From assembly GCA_951406725.2 (NCBI GenBank), contig OX597828.1, positions 68,262,001 to 68,326,000 of the forward strand: a stretch of DNA of 64,000 nucleotides, read 5' to 3'. Shown in pieces: positions 1-12,641 of this stretch. The position numbers and the translations under genes are program-made. Below the pieces are notes generated by a model. It was not told the DNA's origin. It made no database searches and saw only the letters and a list, made by a program, of their open reading frames with translations. Position 1 is the first letter of the stretch, and each line of letters opens with the position of its first letter. This DNA is from Octopus vulgaris (taxonomy: Eukaryota).

Positions 1-391
1 CCCTTCCCACTCTATCAGCCTTCAGCCTCTCCTTTCTCTACCTCCAGTTATCTCTTCCTCTCCTCTGAGTTACATCTCAGGACTGTCATACCCCATTTCT
101 AATACACTCCCTTATCTGCTGTCATTCTCAATACCCTTTCATATCTGCAGTCCACTGAATGCCCTGACACACACAAACCTTGGCCCTCCGCTCACCCTAG
201 CGATTTCTATGTACATCTGACATCTATTTCGCTCCACTCTCTCACCATTCACATTATCTTCGTATTTTCTCATCTATCTACAGGCTCTTTATACTACTAT
301 TCACCAGTGTTCCTGTCCTGCCACTTATCACCTCCTTCTTTCTGAGCTGCTCCGATATCTTTTACCTTATCTCCCCATACTAATATGTACC

Positions 392-631
392 TATTTCTTT
401 GCTACCCACAAGGGGCTAAACATAGAGGGGACAAACAAGGACAGACAAAGGGATTAAGTCGATTACATCGACCCCAGTGCGTAACTGGTACTTAGTTAAT
501 CGACCCAGAAAGGATGAAAGGCAAAGTCGGCTTTGGTGGAATTTGAACCCAGCAATTTGAACGTAGCAGCAGACAAAATACGGCTGGGCATTTTGCCCGG
601 CGTGCTAACGTTTCTGCCAGCTCGCCACCTT
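392..631 (-). mobile_element. tRNA-derived SINE family A (GGCGAGCTGGCAGAAACGTTAG head)
   Basis: A/B-box-like head on the minus strand, GCCTTTCATCCTTTC..GGTCGAT core; flanked by direct repeat ccatactaatat(g/t)tacc at 375-391 and 635-651. Confidence 0.85.
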
Positions 632-1525
632 CCTCCATACTAATATTTACCATTAACCAAAACCTTCACTCTTGTTCATCATTCATTAGATTCCCCTCAA
701 CACCCTTCTTTAACCACTCCTGTGAAATTCCCTACCTACCCTTCCCGATCCTCTCTTATGCTCATCTTTGTTTATCATGTGGGGATGCTCTGACATCTTG
801 TCACCACCACTTCTTCCTTCCAACTACTCCCACCGAACCCAATATATGGTGTAGTGATGTATCTCCTTAATAGCAAGACACCTGCCTCTCTATAACTTTT
901 CTTTGTCCTGAGTTACTTAGCGACCGCACTACCATAGAAAAAAACACCTAAAATGATCAGTGTTGACCTTGGCAGAATTTGAACTCAGAAGGTAAAATGA
1001 TCAGTGTTAGGAACAAAATATTATGCTTTCGAAACCATGCTAAAACAAGGGCTTGATGCAGCCATCTAGTTTGTTGAATCTTGTCAAACCATCCAACCTA
1101 TACCAGCATGGAAGATGGACATTAAATTATGATTAGACGCATGCACGCGCACACACACATATATACAGGCATGGGTTGAACACAATAATGGAAACATCAC
1201 TTGCTTAACCATTTTTTCCTATTAGCAATATGGCATGTTCAAAGCTATACTAGTCTGTATATATGCATTTATTTCTATGGATTATATTATGTATGTCTTG
1301 TATTTTGTGATAAGACCTTGATTTCTTTTTGTTATCTATTTTTACACATATATTTAAATAAGATAAGATGTGTGGTTTATTGACTTCTAAAGAGGACAAA
1401 TTTTTGAAGAGCAGAATGCTAAAACTGCTGGTTTAATGTTTCAAGAAGAAAAACTAGCTCCGGCAAGCATAAATCAGGACAGAAAACAAAGCACATAGAG
1501 AGGAAACACAGAATACATAGAGGGG

Positions 1526-1739
1526 AAGGCAGGGAGCTGGCAGAAACGTTAGCATGCCAGGTGAAATGCTTAGTGGTACTTCATCTGTCTTTACCTTCTG
1601 AGTTCAAATTCTGCCAAGGTCAACTTAGCCTTTCATCCTTTCGGGGTCGATAAATTAAGTATCAATTGTATACTGGCGTCGATCTAATCAACTGCTCACC
1701 TCTCCCCCAAAACTTCAGGCCTTATGCCTAGAGTTGAAA
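1526..1739 (+). mobile_element. SINE family A inserted in the Tc1 relic
   Basis: Same head and core as 392-631; TSD agaatacatagagggg at 1510-1525 and 1740-1755. Confidence 0.85.
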
Positions 1740-2275
1740 AGAATACATAGAGGGGGGACCATTGAACTACAGCAAAACTAAACCACTACCTTGCAAACCT
1801 TGTGAGCTCCATAGGAGGGCTGCTAAATCTTTCCTGTCATTCAACAACATTGATAAATGGAAAAAAACGTTATCAAGACTATCATAAGTGGCTCAATAGA
1901 ACAATATCATTTTCTATGATGAATCATCGTTCACCCCCTTTTCTAAATTTGGGGCAAGTTTACGTCTGGAGACAACATAAAGATGTTAATCGTGATTGCC
2001 CACAACTATGAAGCACAAAAGTGGCTTTGTCATGATTTGGGCAGCCTTATTATGGAATTCTTTTGACCCTTTAGTTGTTCATCAGGGACTATCTTAGTAT
2101 TTTGGCTGATTATGTCTATCATATGATACAAACATTGTCACTTGATTGTAGCACAATCTTCCAGGACAATAATGTGCTGGGTCATATGGTTGATGTCATT
2201 CAAAATTGGTACAATGGAAGCAAAGGTGAAGCAGACCACTCAGACTGCCCTCCACAATCACCAGATCTCAATATA

Positions 2276-2508
2276 TATTTCTTTACTACCCACAAGGGGC
2301 TAAACACAGAGGGGACAAACAAGGACAGAGAAAGGGATTAAGTCGATTACATCGACTCCAGCGCGTAACTGGTACTTAATTTATCGACCCCAAAAGGATG
2401 AAAGGCAAAGTCGACCTCGGCGGAATTTGAACTCGGAACATAATGACAGACGAAATACAGCTAAGCATTTCGCCCGGCATGCTAACATTTCTGCCAGCTC
2501 ACCGCCTT
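2276..2508 (-). mobile_element. SINE family A inserted in the SPDLN motif of the Tc1 relic
   Basis: Near-identical to 392-631; 15-bp TSD ccagatctcaatata at 2261-2275 and 2509-2523. Confidence 0.9.
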
Positions 2509-3055
2509 CCAGATCTCAATATAATCAAGCAATAATCATAACAATGACATCTGATTTCAGAACCATGACACCTTGGGGAGGCATCTTCTACTATAGCCTC
2601 AGGGCCTTGTAAGTGAACTTGGTAGAAGGAAACTGAAAGAATCCCATCATGTGTGTGTGTGTGTGTTATTATATCTGTTTGTCTCCCATCACTACTTGAC
2701 AATAGGTGTTGGTGTGGTTACGTCTCTGTAACTTAAAGGTTCAGCAAAAGAGAGTGATAAAGTACCAGGCTAAAAAACGAAAAATAAGAACAGAAGTAGA
2801 TTCGTTCAACTAAAAGTTCTTCAAAGCAGTGCCCCAGCATGGCCACAGTCTAATGATTGAAACAAGTAAAAAGAAAAATACACACAATACCTTTTACTTG
2901 TTTCAGTCATCGAACTGAGGCTAAGATGAGGCACTGTCTTGAAGGGCTTAGTTGAACAAATCGGACCCAGTACTTATATTGTAAACACACACACACACAC
3001 AAATATATATATATATTGTACATACACACACATACATATGTACACATACACACAC

Positions 3056-3119
<64 letters not shown>

Positions 3120-3120
3120 T

Positions 3121-3406
3121 TGAGCGTGATCATTACCAGCATCACCTTACTGGCACCTGTGCCGGTGGCATGGGTAGAAGATTCGAGCAAGGTCATTGCC
3201 AGTACAGCCTGACTGGCCCTGTGCTGGTGGCATGTAACAAGCACTCACTACACTCTCGGAGTGGTTGGCATCAGGAAGAGCATCCAGCTGTAGAAACTCT
3301 GCCAGATTAAGATTGAAGCCTGGTGCAGCCATCTGGTTCGCCAGTCCTGAGTCATTCATCCAACCCATGCTAGCATGGAAAGCGGATGTTAAACGATGAT
3401 GATGAT
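3121..3406 (+). mobile_element. RTE-clade LINE 3' UTR fragment
   Basis: GGTTGGC.TCAGGAAG.GCATCCAGCTGTAGAAA...CAACCCATGCTAGCATGGAAA...(GAT)n tail; same 3' end as the ORF-bearing copy at 30803-31911. Confidence 0.85.
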
Positions 3407-4036
3407 ATATATATATATATACACATCCATACACACACACATACATATCTATTCCTGAGCATTATACTAATACATCTGTTTGTTTTGTACACCACCTGTC
3501 TTCGTCTTTTTTTTTCGTAAACTCTGCCCAAATATATATATATATGTATATGTATATACACATATATATATTTCCTTTATATGTTTCAGCCCAGAGACTA
3601 TGGCCATGCTGGAGCACCACCAGTGTAATCATCTTTTCAGTGGTCATTCGTATGTGATTGGCTTTTGGTGAAGGAGAGTTCAACACAGCTGCCCTCTTTT
3701 GAGTTTCTTGCTGTGATATAGGGCAAAATATAAGGATGGATATCAATAGGAAGTGCTTCATGAGAGGGACCCAGGTGTTGAAGGAGCAGCAACAAGTGTA
3801 TACTTGACAGGGACAATTTATGTGAGCATCAACTTTGCTTCCAGAATTTCAATTGTGCCTATACACATTATGCTCCTAGAACCTCAGTGTCACCCTTCTA
3901 GCATAGATGGGCAAGTCTTCTTAAGCACTGCATACTGTAATTCATCTGCTCCATGTGGTTCAACATCATGAGATCTACCTTCACCACCACATCTCATATC
4001 TGTCTGAAGCAATCAACAATTCTTTATATAACTATA

Positions 4037-4419
4037 CTAGCACTATGGCCCGATAACGCTGGGTCATAGTGCTAGTGCATGCATATACAGCTGCGTGCGT
4101 GCGTGCGCACATACACGCGAGTACTGTCCAAATCTCTGACTAATCACATACAGCTAGCTGGCATTCAATTGGCGTATCAAGTTTCGGGCATTTCGATTGG
4201 GTTTTGGATAGAAAATTCACAAAAAAGTCACTTCTATTGATTTTTTAATGGCTTTGCGGGTTGACTGGGGAAATGTAAAGATATGCACGACCACCTTTGG
4301 ACGGTTTTGAATGACCATAGAAAGTGCGAGCCCTCTAACTGAAAATTGTGGATTTGTATAAAGGACACACGCACACACATACACACACACAGACGTTTTG
4401 CCGTTTATATATATAGAGA
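4037..4419 (-). mobile_element. Non-autonomous Helitron
   Basis: Minus strand: A|TCTCTATATATATAAA 5' end; 3' hairpin CTAGCACTATGACCC...GGGCCATAGTGCTAG ending CTAG|T; no TSD. Confidence 0.8.
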
Positions 4420-6547
4420 TGCATCCATATGCATCACATGCCCAAACCAACACAGCTGCCTCTCATGCACACTACATCTGATTCCTCTTGTGATCAATTC
4501 TTCTCTAAACATATCTATATTTTATTGTTCATGTGCACTGCCCATTTCTTAAGAGATTTTTCATTCCACCCACCCTTGATAGCACATTACAAGTTGAATT
4601 GTTAGCAGAGAATGTCAACAAGTGTCACCATTTTCTGCTAAATGCCTTTCATACAATGAAACATACAGACAGTGAAACATACAGACATTTATACATACAT
4701 ATAAATGTTAAACTGAAGTTATTATCTTATATCTTATAAGAATAAGAATGGAGCATTTAAGATGTGCTGACTCAACAGTAAGTTGAATGCACAAATCAAT
4801 ATTTGTTGTAAAGACTGCTTGTGTCACTAAGAATTAATGTATACACAGCCAGCTATTTGTGACACCACAGACTGTTTAGTCAGAGTTAAACTATATTGGT
4901 TTGATGAAATTTGGCCTAGCATTTGGTGTAGGATGTCTACTGCTTTCAATGTGAAAACATGCTGAAATCTCATGATACAATGGTCCCTTAAGAACCAGTA
5001 CTGACAAAATTTGTCAACTGATGTAATCTGGGAATTTTGGCACTATACATCTATCGTCTATCAATAATATTAATATGCTAACTTTTTGTTTTTGTACGTA
5101 CCTGTTGTGTGCGTCACTTACTTCAAAGAAGTGGCAAAGCGAGAGAGAGAAGGACAGAGAGGAAGTAAGAGAGAGAAAGAGTGAGAGAAAGGGAGTGAGA
5201 GAGAAAGAGAGAGTGAAAGAGACAGAGAGTGGTAACAGCATTCGTTTTGTGTTTTTAAATGTTTCAGAGAGGATGTAAGGGAGAAAGAAAGAGAGTGAGA
5301 AAAAGTGAGAGAGAAAGAGAGAGAGAGTGAAAGAGACAGTGAGTGGTGATGGTGTTCATTTTGTTTTTAAATGTTTATCACATCCCAAGAGAAATAGATA
5401 CATAGATATGTATACACATTGTTAAATCAAAAGTGGGAGAGAAGAGGGACACAAAGGAAGTGGAAGAGGAAGAGAGTAAGTGAGAGAGACAGTGGATACA
5501 TAAATCCAAAGAAAAGTTCATAGATAGATACATACACACTGCAAATATTGGATGTCAATTTCACTTTTCATTACCACATGAGGATAAAATTAACTCACAA
5601 ATGGCTGAGTACTCCACAGATATGCATAACATTAACATAGTTCTCAGAGTTGGTCAAACTCTGCATAAGGAGTAGACAACCACCATGTATATGGGAACTC
5701 CAAATTCCTTCACAGCTACCAACAGAAACCTAGCAACAAGTATCAGTGGAAAAATCTCCCATCTATTGGCAAAGGCAGATCTTCAATAGGGCTATGGTCC
5801 ATTATCAACTGGCACCAGTAAAGAATGGCATTACTGATAGCTTAATATATATATGAAGGACTCCTAACCCCAAACTTGAAGAGAGGAAAAAGAAAGATAA
5901 TCTTGTTTAGTCCTCCATGAAATTTAGATGTAGCTATTAATGTAGCTAGAACCTTCCTGTCCCTAATTCTTTACTGGTGCCTGATGATAATGGACTATAG
6001 ACTAATTCACTAGATCCAGTAGGTGGGTTACCGACCTGTTGTCGCATTTTACTATTGTTTATGCGGTGAATAAGCTGTTCTAAATTAGCAGAGTTAGGGT
6101 GGGTGTGTGTGTATCATCATCATTGCTTAATGTCTGCCTTCTGTGCCGGCACACATACGTGTTTAGGGCACTCAATGCCAGCATCAATTCACCATTTTGT
6201 TATCATCTATTACTCTCTCTCCCCCATTATCCCACACCATTACTTTCTCTTCTGTTAACTTCTGCAATGATTCCCTCTTCTACCCACTGCATTGTCCTGT
6301 ATGAATGGACTTCACAATTTAAAACAATGAAGACTTCTTTTTTTTTTAAAGCATATAAACTAATGGCATTAATGTTGGTGTAACAAAAAAACGAAATGCA
6401 CCCAGAGCACAATGTAAAGTGGTTGGTGAGAGGAATGGCATCCAGCTGTGGAAAGTATGCCAAGGTTGATGATGTCAGTCCCCAGATCCATCAAAGAAGG
6501 AAATAACTCCAAATAAAAGCTAATTCAGATTGTGACATGTCAGAATT

Positions 6548-6930
6548 ATCATTCATTCATTGTTTGACCGTGGTCGAGACAATGGAATTTACTATGTTAC
6601 GCCAGACTTCACGGTCCATCATAGCATTACGGAGGTCCTGTTGCTGGATGCCTGTATCCCTGGAGATTACATCAGGGTAGGAGAGTGTGCGCCCACTGGT
6701 ATCGCGAGCAGATGGCTTCCAGGGGAGAAGAGTAGAAATTACCTTGTTTCCAGCTCTATGGGGAGAAGAGTAGAAATTACCTTGTTTCCAGCTCTACAAC
6801 AATGTCCAGCACACTGGACTCTTCTACCTTTCACAAGAGATGATACAGGTGGTAATTTCCCATATATTTGTACTTTGGTTGGATGACGCTTCCACAAGAG
6901 ATTTTGAGCTCTCATAAGGAGGCGAGTGTA
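6548..6930 (-). mobile_element. RTE-X-like LINE 3' end (ORF2 C-terminus)
   Basis: IYGKLPPVSSLVKGRRVQCAGHCCRA; near-identical to 26216-26485; contains a ~37-bp tandem duplication at 6722-6796. Confidence 0.75.
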
Positions 6931-6934
6931 AGTT

Positions 6935-7480
6935 CCAACCAACCATGTCAGAATGGGTTGGACGGCTAGACAGGAGCTGGCCAGGCAGGAGTCTCAAACT
7001 GACTTCTGTGTCTGTTTTGACAGGGTTTTTATAACTGGATGCCCTTCCTAACACCAACCACCCAGCAGAGTGGACTGAGTGCTTTTTACAGCTGGATGCC
7101 CTTCCAAACGCCAACCACTTTACAGTGTGGACAGGATGATTTTTATGTGGCACCAACACTGGTGGGGTCACCGAGTAACTTGTAAGACAAAGATCCTTTG
7201 AGTGGGGTGGGGGTATTGGAAGAGAGGATCTTGTGTCAGATGATGAAAGGTTATAGTGAGACAGAGAGAGACAGAAACAGGTGTCTTGCTGTAGGTTAGG
7301 TACATGGTTACCCAGCGAGAGAGATGAGGACAGAAATAGGTGTGCTGCTTTAAAGGAGGTACATGGTTACGTAATCTGAGGGAAGAGCAGGAGAAGGAGA
7401 GAGAGAGAGAGTGAGAAACAACAGGAGTGCATCAGAGAGCAGGAGGGAGATGGTGGCAAAATGCCAGGCATAGTCACAAA
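6935..7480 (-). mobile_element. Older RTE 3' UTR variant
   Basis: Two tandem CTGGATGCCCTTCC.AAC.CCAACCAC motifs and a diverged version of the RTE 3' terminus. Confidence 0.6.
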
Positions 7481-7532
7481 GGACGGGGATCACTTGTAAT
7501 TAAAATGATTGAGGGATATTGGCTTTATTTAA

Positions 7533-7753
7533 CCCTTTCGTTACCAACCCAGCCAAAACCGCTGCTGGCTTTGTAGTACATATGTTTTGTTTACATAAGT
7601 TTTGAATTAAAATCTTTCACCAAACCTCAGTCACAATTAATGTTCCTAACACTAGCTGAATGATAACTAAGTTATTTTACTAAATTCTTTGTTGTATTTA
7701 AAATAATTGAGAGGAAAACAAAGCATCTCAAAATAAATACAGTAACGAAAGGG
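7533..7753. mobile_element. piggyBac-type MITE
   Basis: TTAA|CCCTTTCGTTAC ... GTAACGAAAGGG|TTAA; sister copies at 28008 and 37762 in the opposite orientation. Confidence 0.9.
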
Positions 7754-9129
7754 TTAAACAACAACAGAAAAAATAATCAGAAGTATAAAACAACTTTATG
7801 CTCTGTAATTTATTTAATCAATAAATACACAAAAAACTATCATTTTGTTAAATTTTTCTTTTCTTTTTAAAAACAAATACACAAGAGTAGAAAGTTGTCT
7901 TAAAACCAGAAAATGTTGAAAACTTAATTTAGTAAATTGTGTAAATTTGTAATTAGTTGAGTCTCTCGCATGACTAAGATTAAATACTTCAATTCCAATA
8001 TGTTGCTAATGGTTACATTGAAGAGAAATTAACTTGTGTAATTCAATAGCTCCTAACAAAAATTAGTTTGAAGCAACAATTTAAAAAAGAAAAGGATTGC
8101 TCCTTCATTAAAACACAAGAAGTAAAAACTAAAAAGTGATTTACATCATTCTTTTATTTAACTTTATTTTAGTTTCCCACTATCAGTGTTTATCGACTTC
8201 GATGTACAGTATTTTTGGAACATCTTATTCATTTGAAAGTTTCTTTTGTTTTTCTCCTCTGTTGTCTCTTTATCCACATTAGATATTCATGGAGTGATGG
8301 GGAGGACAAATAACTGTTCATGTTTAGTTTATCATTTATTATCTAACAATATTTTCTGTAAAGTTTTATCTATATTACCGGGAAAATATTTGTCAAAATT
8401 ATCTGGTCAAAGCAACTACTATCAGAAAGAGAAATATATGCAGTCATTTCCATTTTACTATATAACATCAGTGATGAAATTCTGATAGAATCCAAGAACT
8501 CACTGCTGACAAATGACAAGATTTCAGTATATTGTCAGTATAAAGGATTTGTGCAAATGCTACACACATATGGATTATACAATAAAACTTACATTCTCCC
8601 CAATTCAAACGAAATTTTTAGTGATATCAGCAATGTTTTACGGTGAAGAAGTTCTTTGCAAGCTCCATACGTTAAATGCAGAAACTCTCTAACACATACT
8701 ATAAAATCCTCTATTATACATGTTCGTAAATGAATAAAATACAAAATATGAGGAAGTTACCTGCAGTAGATTGGCACTTTGTCCAGGGTAAGATTGACTT
8801 CATTGTCTATATAAAAACAGAAGTAAGCGCTGACCCTCAACCCTCCATAGACCAAGATGCATTTTTTTTTATAATAAAACTAATTTCTAGATGACATTTT
8901 AAATATCTAATACTTGAAATTGAAAATAGAATCTCAAGTTAAACTTTTTAACCAAACAGGAATGGCTGTGTTGTTAAGATCCTGTAGCAACCATGTCTTC
9001 AGGTCCAATCTTACTGTGTGGCACATCAAGCAAATGTTTTCTACTGTTGCCCCAGGTTAGCTAATGCCAATGGAATTTGGTAGGCAGAAACTTGTGCAAA
9101 GACTTGCTACATGTGTGTGTGTGTGTGTA

Positions 9130-10718
9130 TGAGGAGATACCCAAAAGTAACCAGAAACATTCTCTGTGAGACAAACCTGCTGTAGTTCAGGTTTCTCGTC
9201 TTTGTTTTGCAGTGTTTTTCCCCTGTTTGATGATTTTGCGATGGCTGGAATGAAGGAACAGCTTGCTTCCGTGAAATTCTGTTTTCTGCTGGAGAAAAGG
9301 GCAGCTAAAACAGTTGTCATGCTTCAAACAGTTTACAAGAGTGCTACCACAAGCAAAACACAAGTTTATGAGTGGTTTTCACACTTTAAGAATGGTCGCT
9401 TATCGCTTGAAGACCAACCTCATTTAAGGCAACAGTCTACCTCCTGAACAAATGAAAATTCATGAACTGATCTTGGAGGGTGATCGCCAAACAATTGATG
9501 AACTTGTTAATATGACTGGTGTATCCTGGAGCTCCTGCCAACGAATTTTGAGCAAGGAATTGCGAATGAAAAGAGTTCTAGCAAAATTTGTGCCTTGCTT
9601 GCTCATGGAAGATCAAAAGCAGTCACGACTGAACATGTGTTGTGAACTGAAAGAACAGTTGGAAGTTAATCCAGACCTTTCTTTGAAGGTCATCATTGGT
9701 GACAAAAGCTGGCACTAGAGAATTTGCAGATGTGGAAGAGGTGAAGAAAAAAACCCGACGGAGGCATTAAAAGGCATCACACTTTGCAAGAGTTTCAGGA
9801 TTACTCTGAGCAGTGGAAAATGCATCTGGACTGATGCATTGCTTCAAATGGAGAATATTTTGAAGGTGATAAAGCTGTTAACATGTAAAACTATGCAGAG
9901 CTAATGCAGTTTCACACCTCTCCTTGAAAAATGCATTTTTTTGAAAAACTTTTTCTGGATTCCTATGTTTTAGATGTCAGAGATGACAAATATGCAAAAG
10001 AATTTTTAAACCCCCCCCCCATCAAAATTTTTGATTTTGTTTACTTTAAAGAGATCATAGCAAGCATATGCAAATCAAAATTAAATACAGATAAAAAACA
10101 TTAAAGTGAAAAGAATTTGCATTTCACTTGTGTTTTGCCTTAAATAATCATAAATAATAATTTAATGTAAATTAATTATACACCATTTTATGAGAAACAA
10201 GCAATGTTTAATAATTAATGTCATAAAGTTTAATAAGGGGCTCAAATTCCACCCCTCTTCCAATTTTAAATTTTGAACTTTTCCATCCATTTATTTATTT
10301 ATCTGTCTTGTCCATTTATTTATAAGATATATTTGTCAACTAAATGTGGCGATCCTATAGAAGACAGTGTTACTGTTGTTTTTAGCCCCAGGAAGACATT
10401 CATATCTATCTCTTTATACACATATCTATGTGCTTATTGAATTTAAAATTTTGAAAACATGGTTTCTTGCATATTCGGAATCTCTCTCAGTTAAAACATT
10501 GGGGAAAAATTTTGATAAAGTTCTAAATTTATTTTGGGGGGGGAATTTTTTTTAAATGTTTGTTTTTTTCTGCATATTTATAATTTCCAACATCTAAAAC
10601 GTAGGAATATGAAATTTTTTTTTTAAATGCATTTTTCAAAGAGAGGTGTGAAACTGCATTAGCCCCAACTATGTAAATAAAATATGGTAAAATTCTGGTT
10701 TCTTTTGGGTACCCCTCA
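9130..10718 (+). mobile_element. Mariner-family transposon with internally deleted transposase
   Basis: TA TSDs; TIRs TGAGG(A/G)G.TACCCAAAAG.AACCAGAA; transposase pieces QVYEWFSHFKNGRLSLEDQP, MKRVLAKFVPCLL, IIGDKSW then a jump to C-terminal CIASNGEYFEG. Confidence 0.9.
9897..10666. mobile_element. Non-autonomous TIR element nested in the mariner (8-bp TSD, long TIRs; Merlin/MULE-like)
   Basis: TIRs ..GCTAATGCAGTTTCACACCTCTC.TTGAAAAATGCATTT extending >100 bp; TSD aactatgc (9889-9896) / aactatgt (10667-10674). Confidence 0.8.
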
Positions 10719-12099
10719 TACACACCTATGTATGTGTGTATCTTCTTGTCGAATCACTAAATTATGGGGGACACACTGAAACCAGTTGTCAAGCAGTGGT
10801 GGGGGGACGAAGATGTGCACGCGCGCACACACACACACACACACACAACAGGTTTCTTTCAGTTTCCATCTACCAAATTCAATCACAAGGCTTTGGTCAG
10901 CCTGAGTCTATAGAAGACACTTGCCTGTTGTGCCACATGGTTCTGGGATTAAACCCAGAACCATGTGGTTGAGAAGCAAGCCTATTGATAAAAGATGTAA
11001 ACATCTGAAGAAACCAATAAAGCAGTATATTTGAATGAAAGTACCATCTGACATGGGTATTCCACCCAAGTTGCAAACATACTTTTATCACTTGCCACCA
11101 TAAGTGCAGTTAACTAAATGATTGACCCATCATAAACCTCTAACCAAGGATTACAGAAGCATTTTGAAATTAATCAGCCCAGACCATTCCCACTAGACTT
11201 TAGCTACATACAGGCCAGACTATAATCTTGCATAGTCTGTGAGAGGATTAAGGGATTTCACTAATTCAGAACAAATTTCATAAAGAAAATACCCTAAATA
11301 TAGAAGAGGACCAAAAATACCCCAACAAATCTATAACAACAGCCAAGTATACACACACACACACACACACACTATGAGTAGAAAATAGTTGAATCAGTTG
11401 AACATCAAACAAAATACTCTGTGGTATCTGGATACTTCCATTTCCAGTCTGAGTCCAAATCCAGCTCAAGTTGACTTTGCCCTTTGTCCTTCTGAGATCA
11501 ATAAAATACCAGTGGTATCCTGGGATCTTTACAGTAAACTGTACCCCACAATAGCCACAGTTCTGACTGAAACCAGTAAAAGAATACATATGTTGTTACA
11601 TCACAGTCATCATCACTTTCACATTTGCATTTCCATGCTGGTATAGGTCGTATGGACCACAGTATCTCACCACTTGCTGCAATTCTTTACCATCTACCAG
11701 CAAGTAATAAAAAGAAACTATTTTTTTTAGTTGTGTATGTCATGGCTGGATGCCTTGCCTACAACCAACCACTTTATAGCATCAACAAGGTGTATTTTAC
11801 CCTTCCACAGCACCAGAGCATTTGTTGGCACCAGGACTAAAATGTTTTCTGTACCCATTTAGGCAACAATCCAAAATGCAAAACTAGCAAAAGAATGTGT
11901 GTATGTGTGTTTGTGAATGGGTGTTTATATATATATAAAATGTCATAGGGTACATAGCTTTCATTATACACCCATACACACACAAGTCATTAAGAAAGAA
12001 AGATAGTTGAAATCTTAGATCCTTATAATGAGGTCTACATCATGTATGAAGTACAATGAGATATAGAAGTTCACTGAAACCGTATTGTAGATGAATCAT

Positions 12100-12641
12100 C
12101 AAATTCGATGACTGGCGTCCGTGCTAGTGGGGTGCAAAGAGCACCATACGAGTGTGATCATTGACAGAGCGGCTAACCGGCTACCATGCCAGTGGCTCTA
12201 AAAAGGCACCATTCGAGCGTGATCGTTACCAACGTTGCACTACTGGCACTCGAGCCCCGTGCTAGTAGAGTATTAAGAGCACCATCCAAGCCTGATCGTT
12301 GCCAGAGCGGCTATCTGGCCTCCGTGCCAGTGGCACGTAAAAAACACCATTCGAGTATGATCATTACCAATGTTGCCTTACTGGCACCTGTGCCGGTGGC
12401 ATGTGTAAAAGATTCAAGCGAGGTCATTGCCAGTACTGCCTGACTGGCCCCGTGCCGGTGGCATGTAAAAAGCACCCGCTACACTCTCGGAGTGGTTGGC
12501 TTTAGGAAGGGCATCCAGCAGTAGAAACTCTACAAGATCAAGATTGGAGCCTGGTGCAGCCATCTGGTTCGCCAGCCCTCAGTCAAAATCGTCCAACCCA
12601 TGCTAGCATGGAAAGCAGACGTTAAACGATGATGATGATGA
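12100..12641 (+). mobile_element. RTE LINE 3' UTR with tandem GTGCC.GTGGCAC units
   Basis: Several ~60-bp units, conserved terminus and (GAT)n tail. Confidence 0.85.

Larger units (their letters stand above)
1166..2530 (+). mobile_element. Decayed Tc1-family DNA transposon interrupted by two SINEs
   Basis: TA|CAGG...AATAATGGAAACA TIR-like start; ORF 2075-2341 carries IFQDNN..H....W...PPQSPDLNI (Tc1 catalytic region); stops and frameshifts. Confidence 0.75.
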
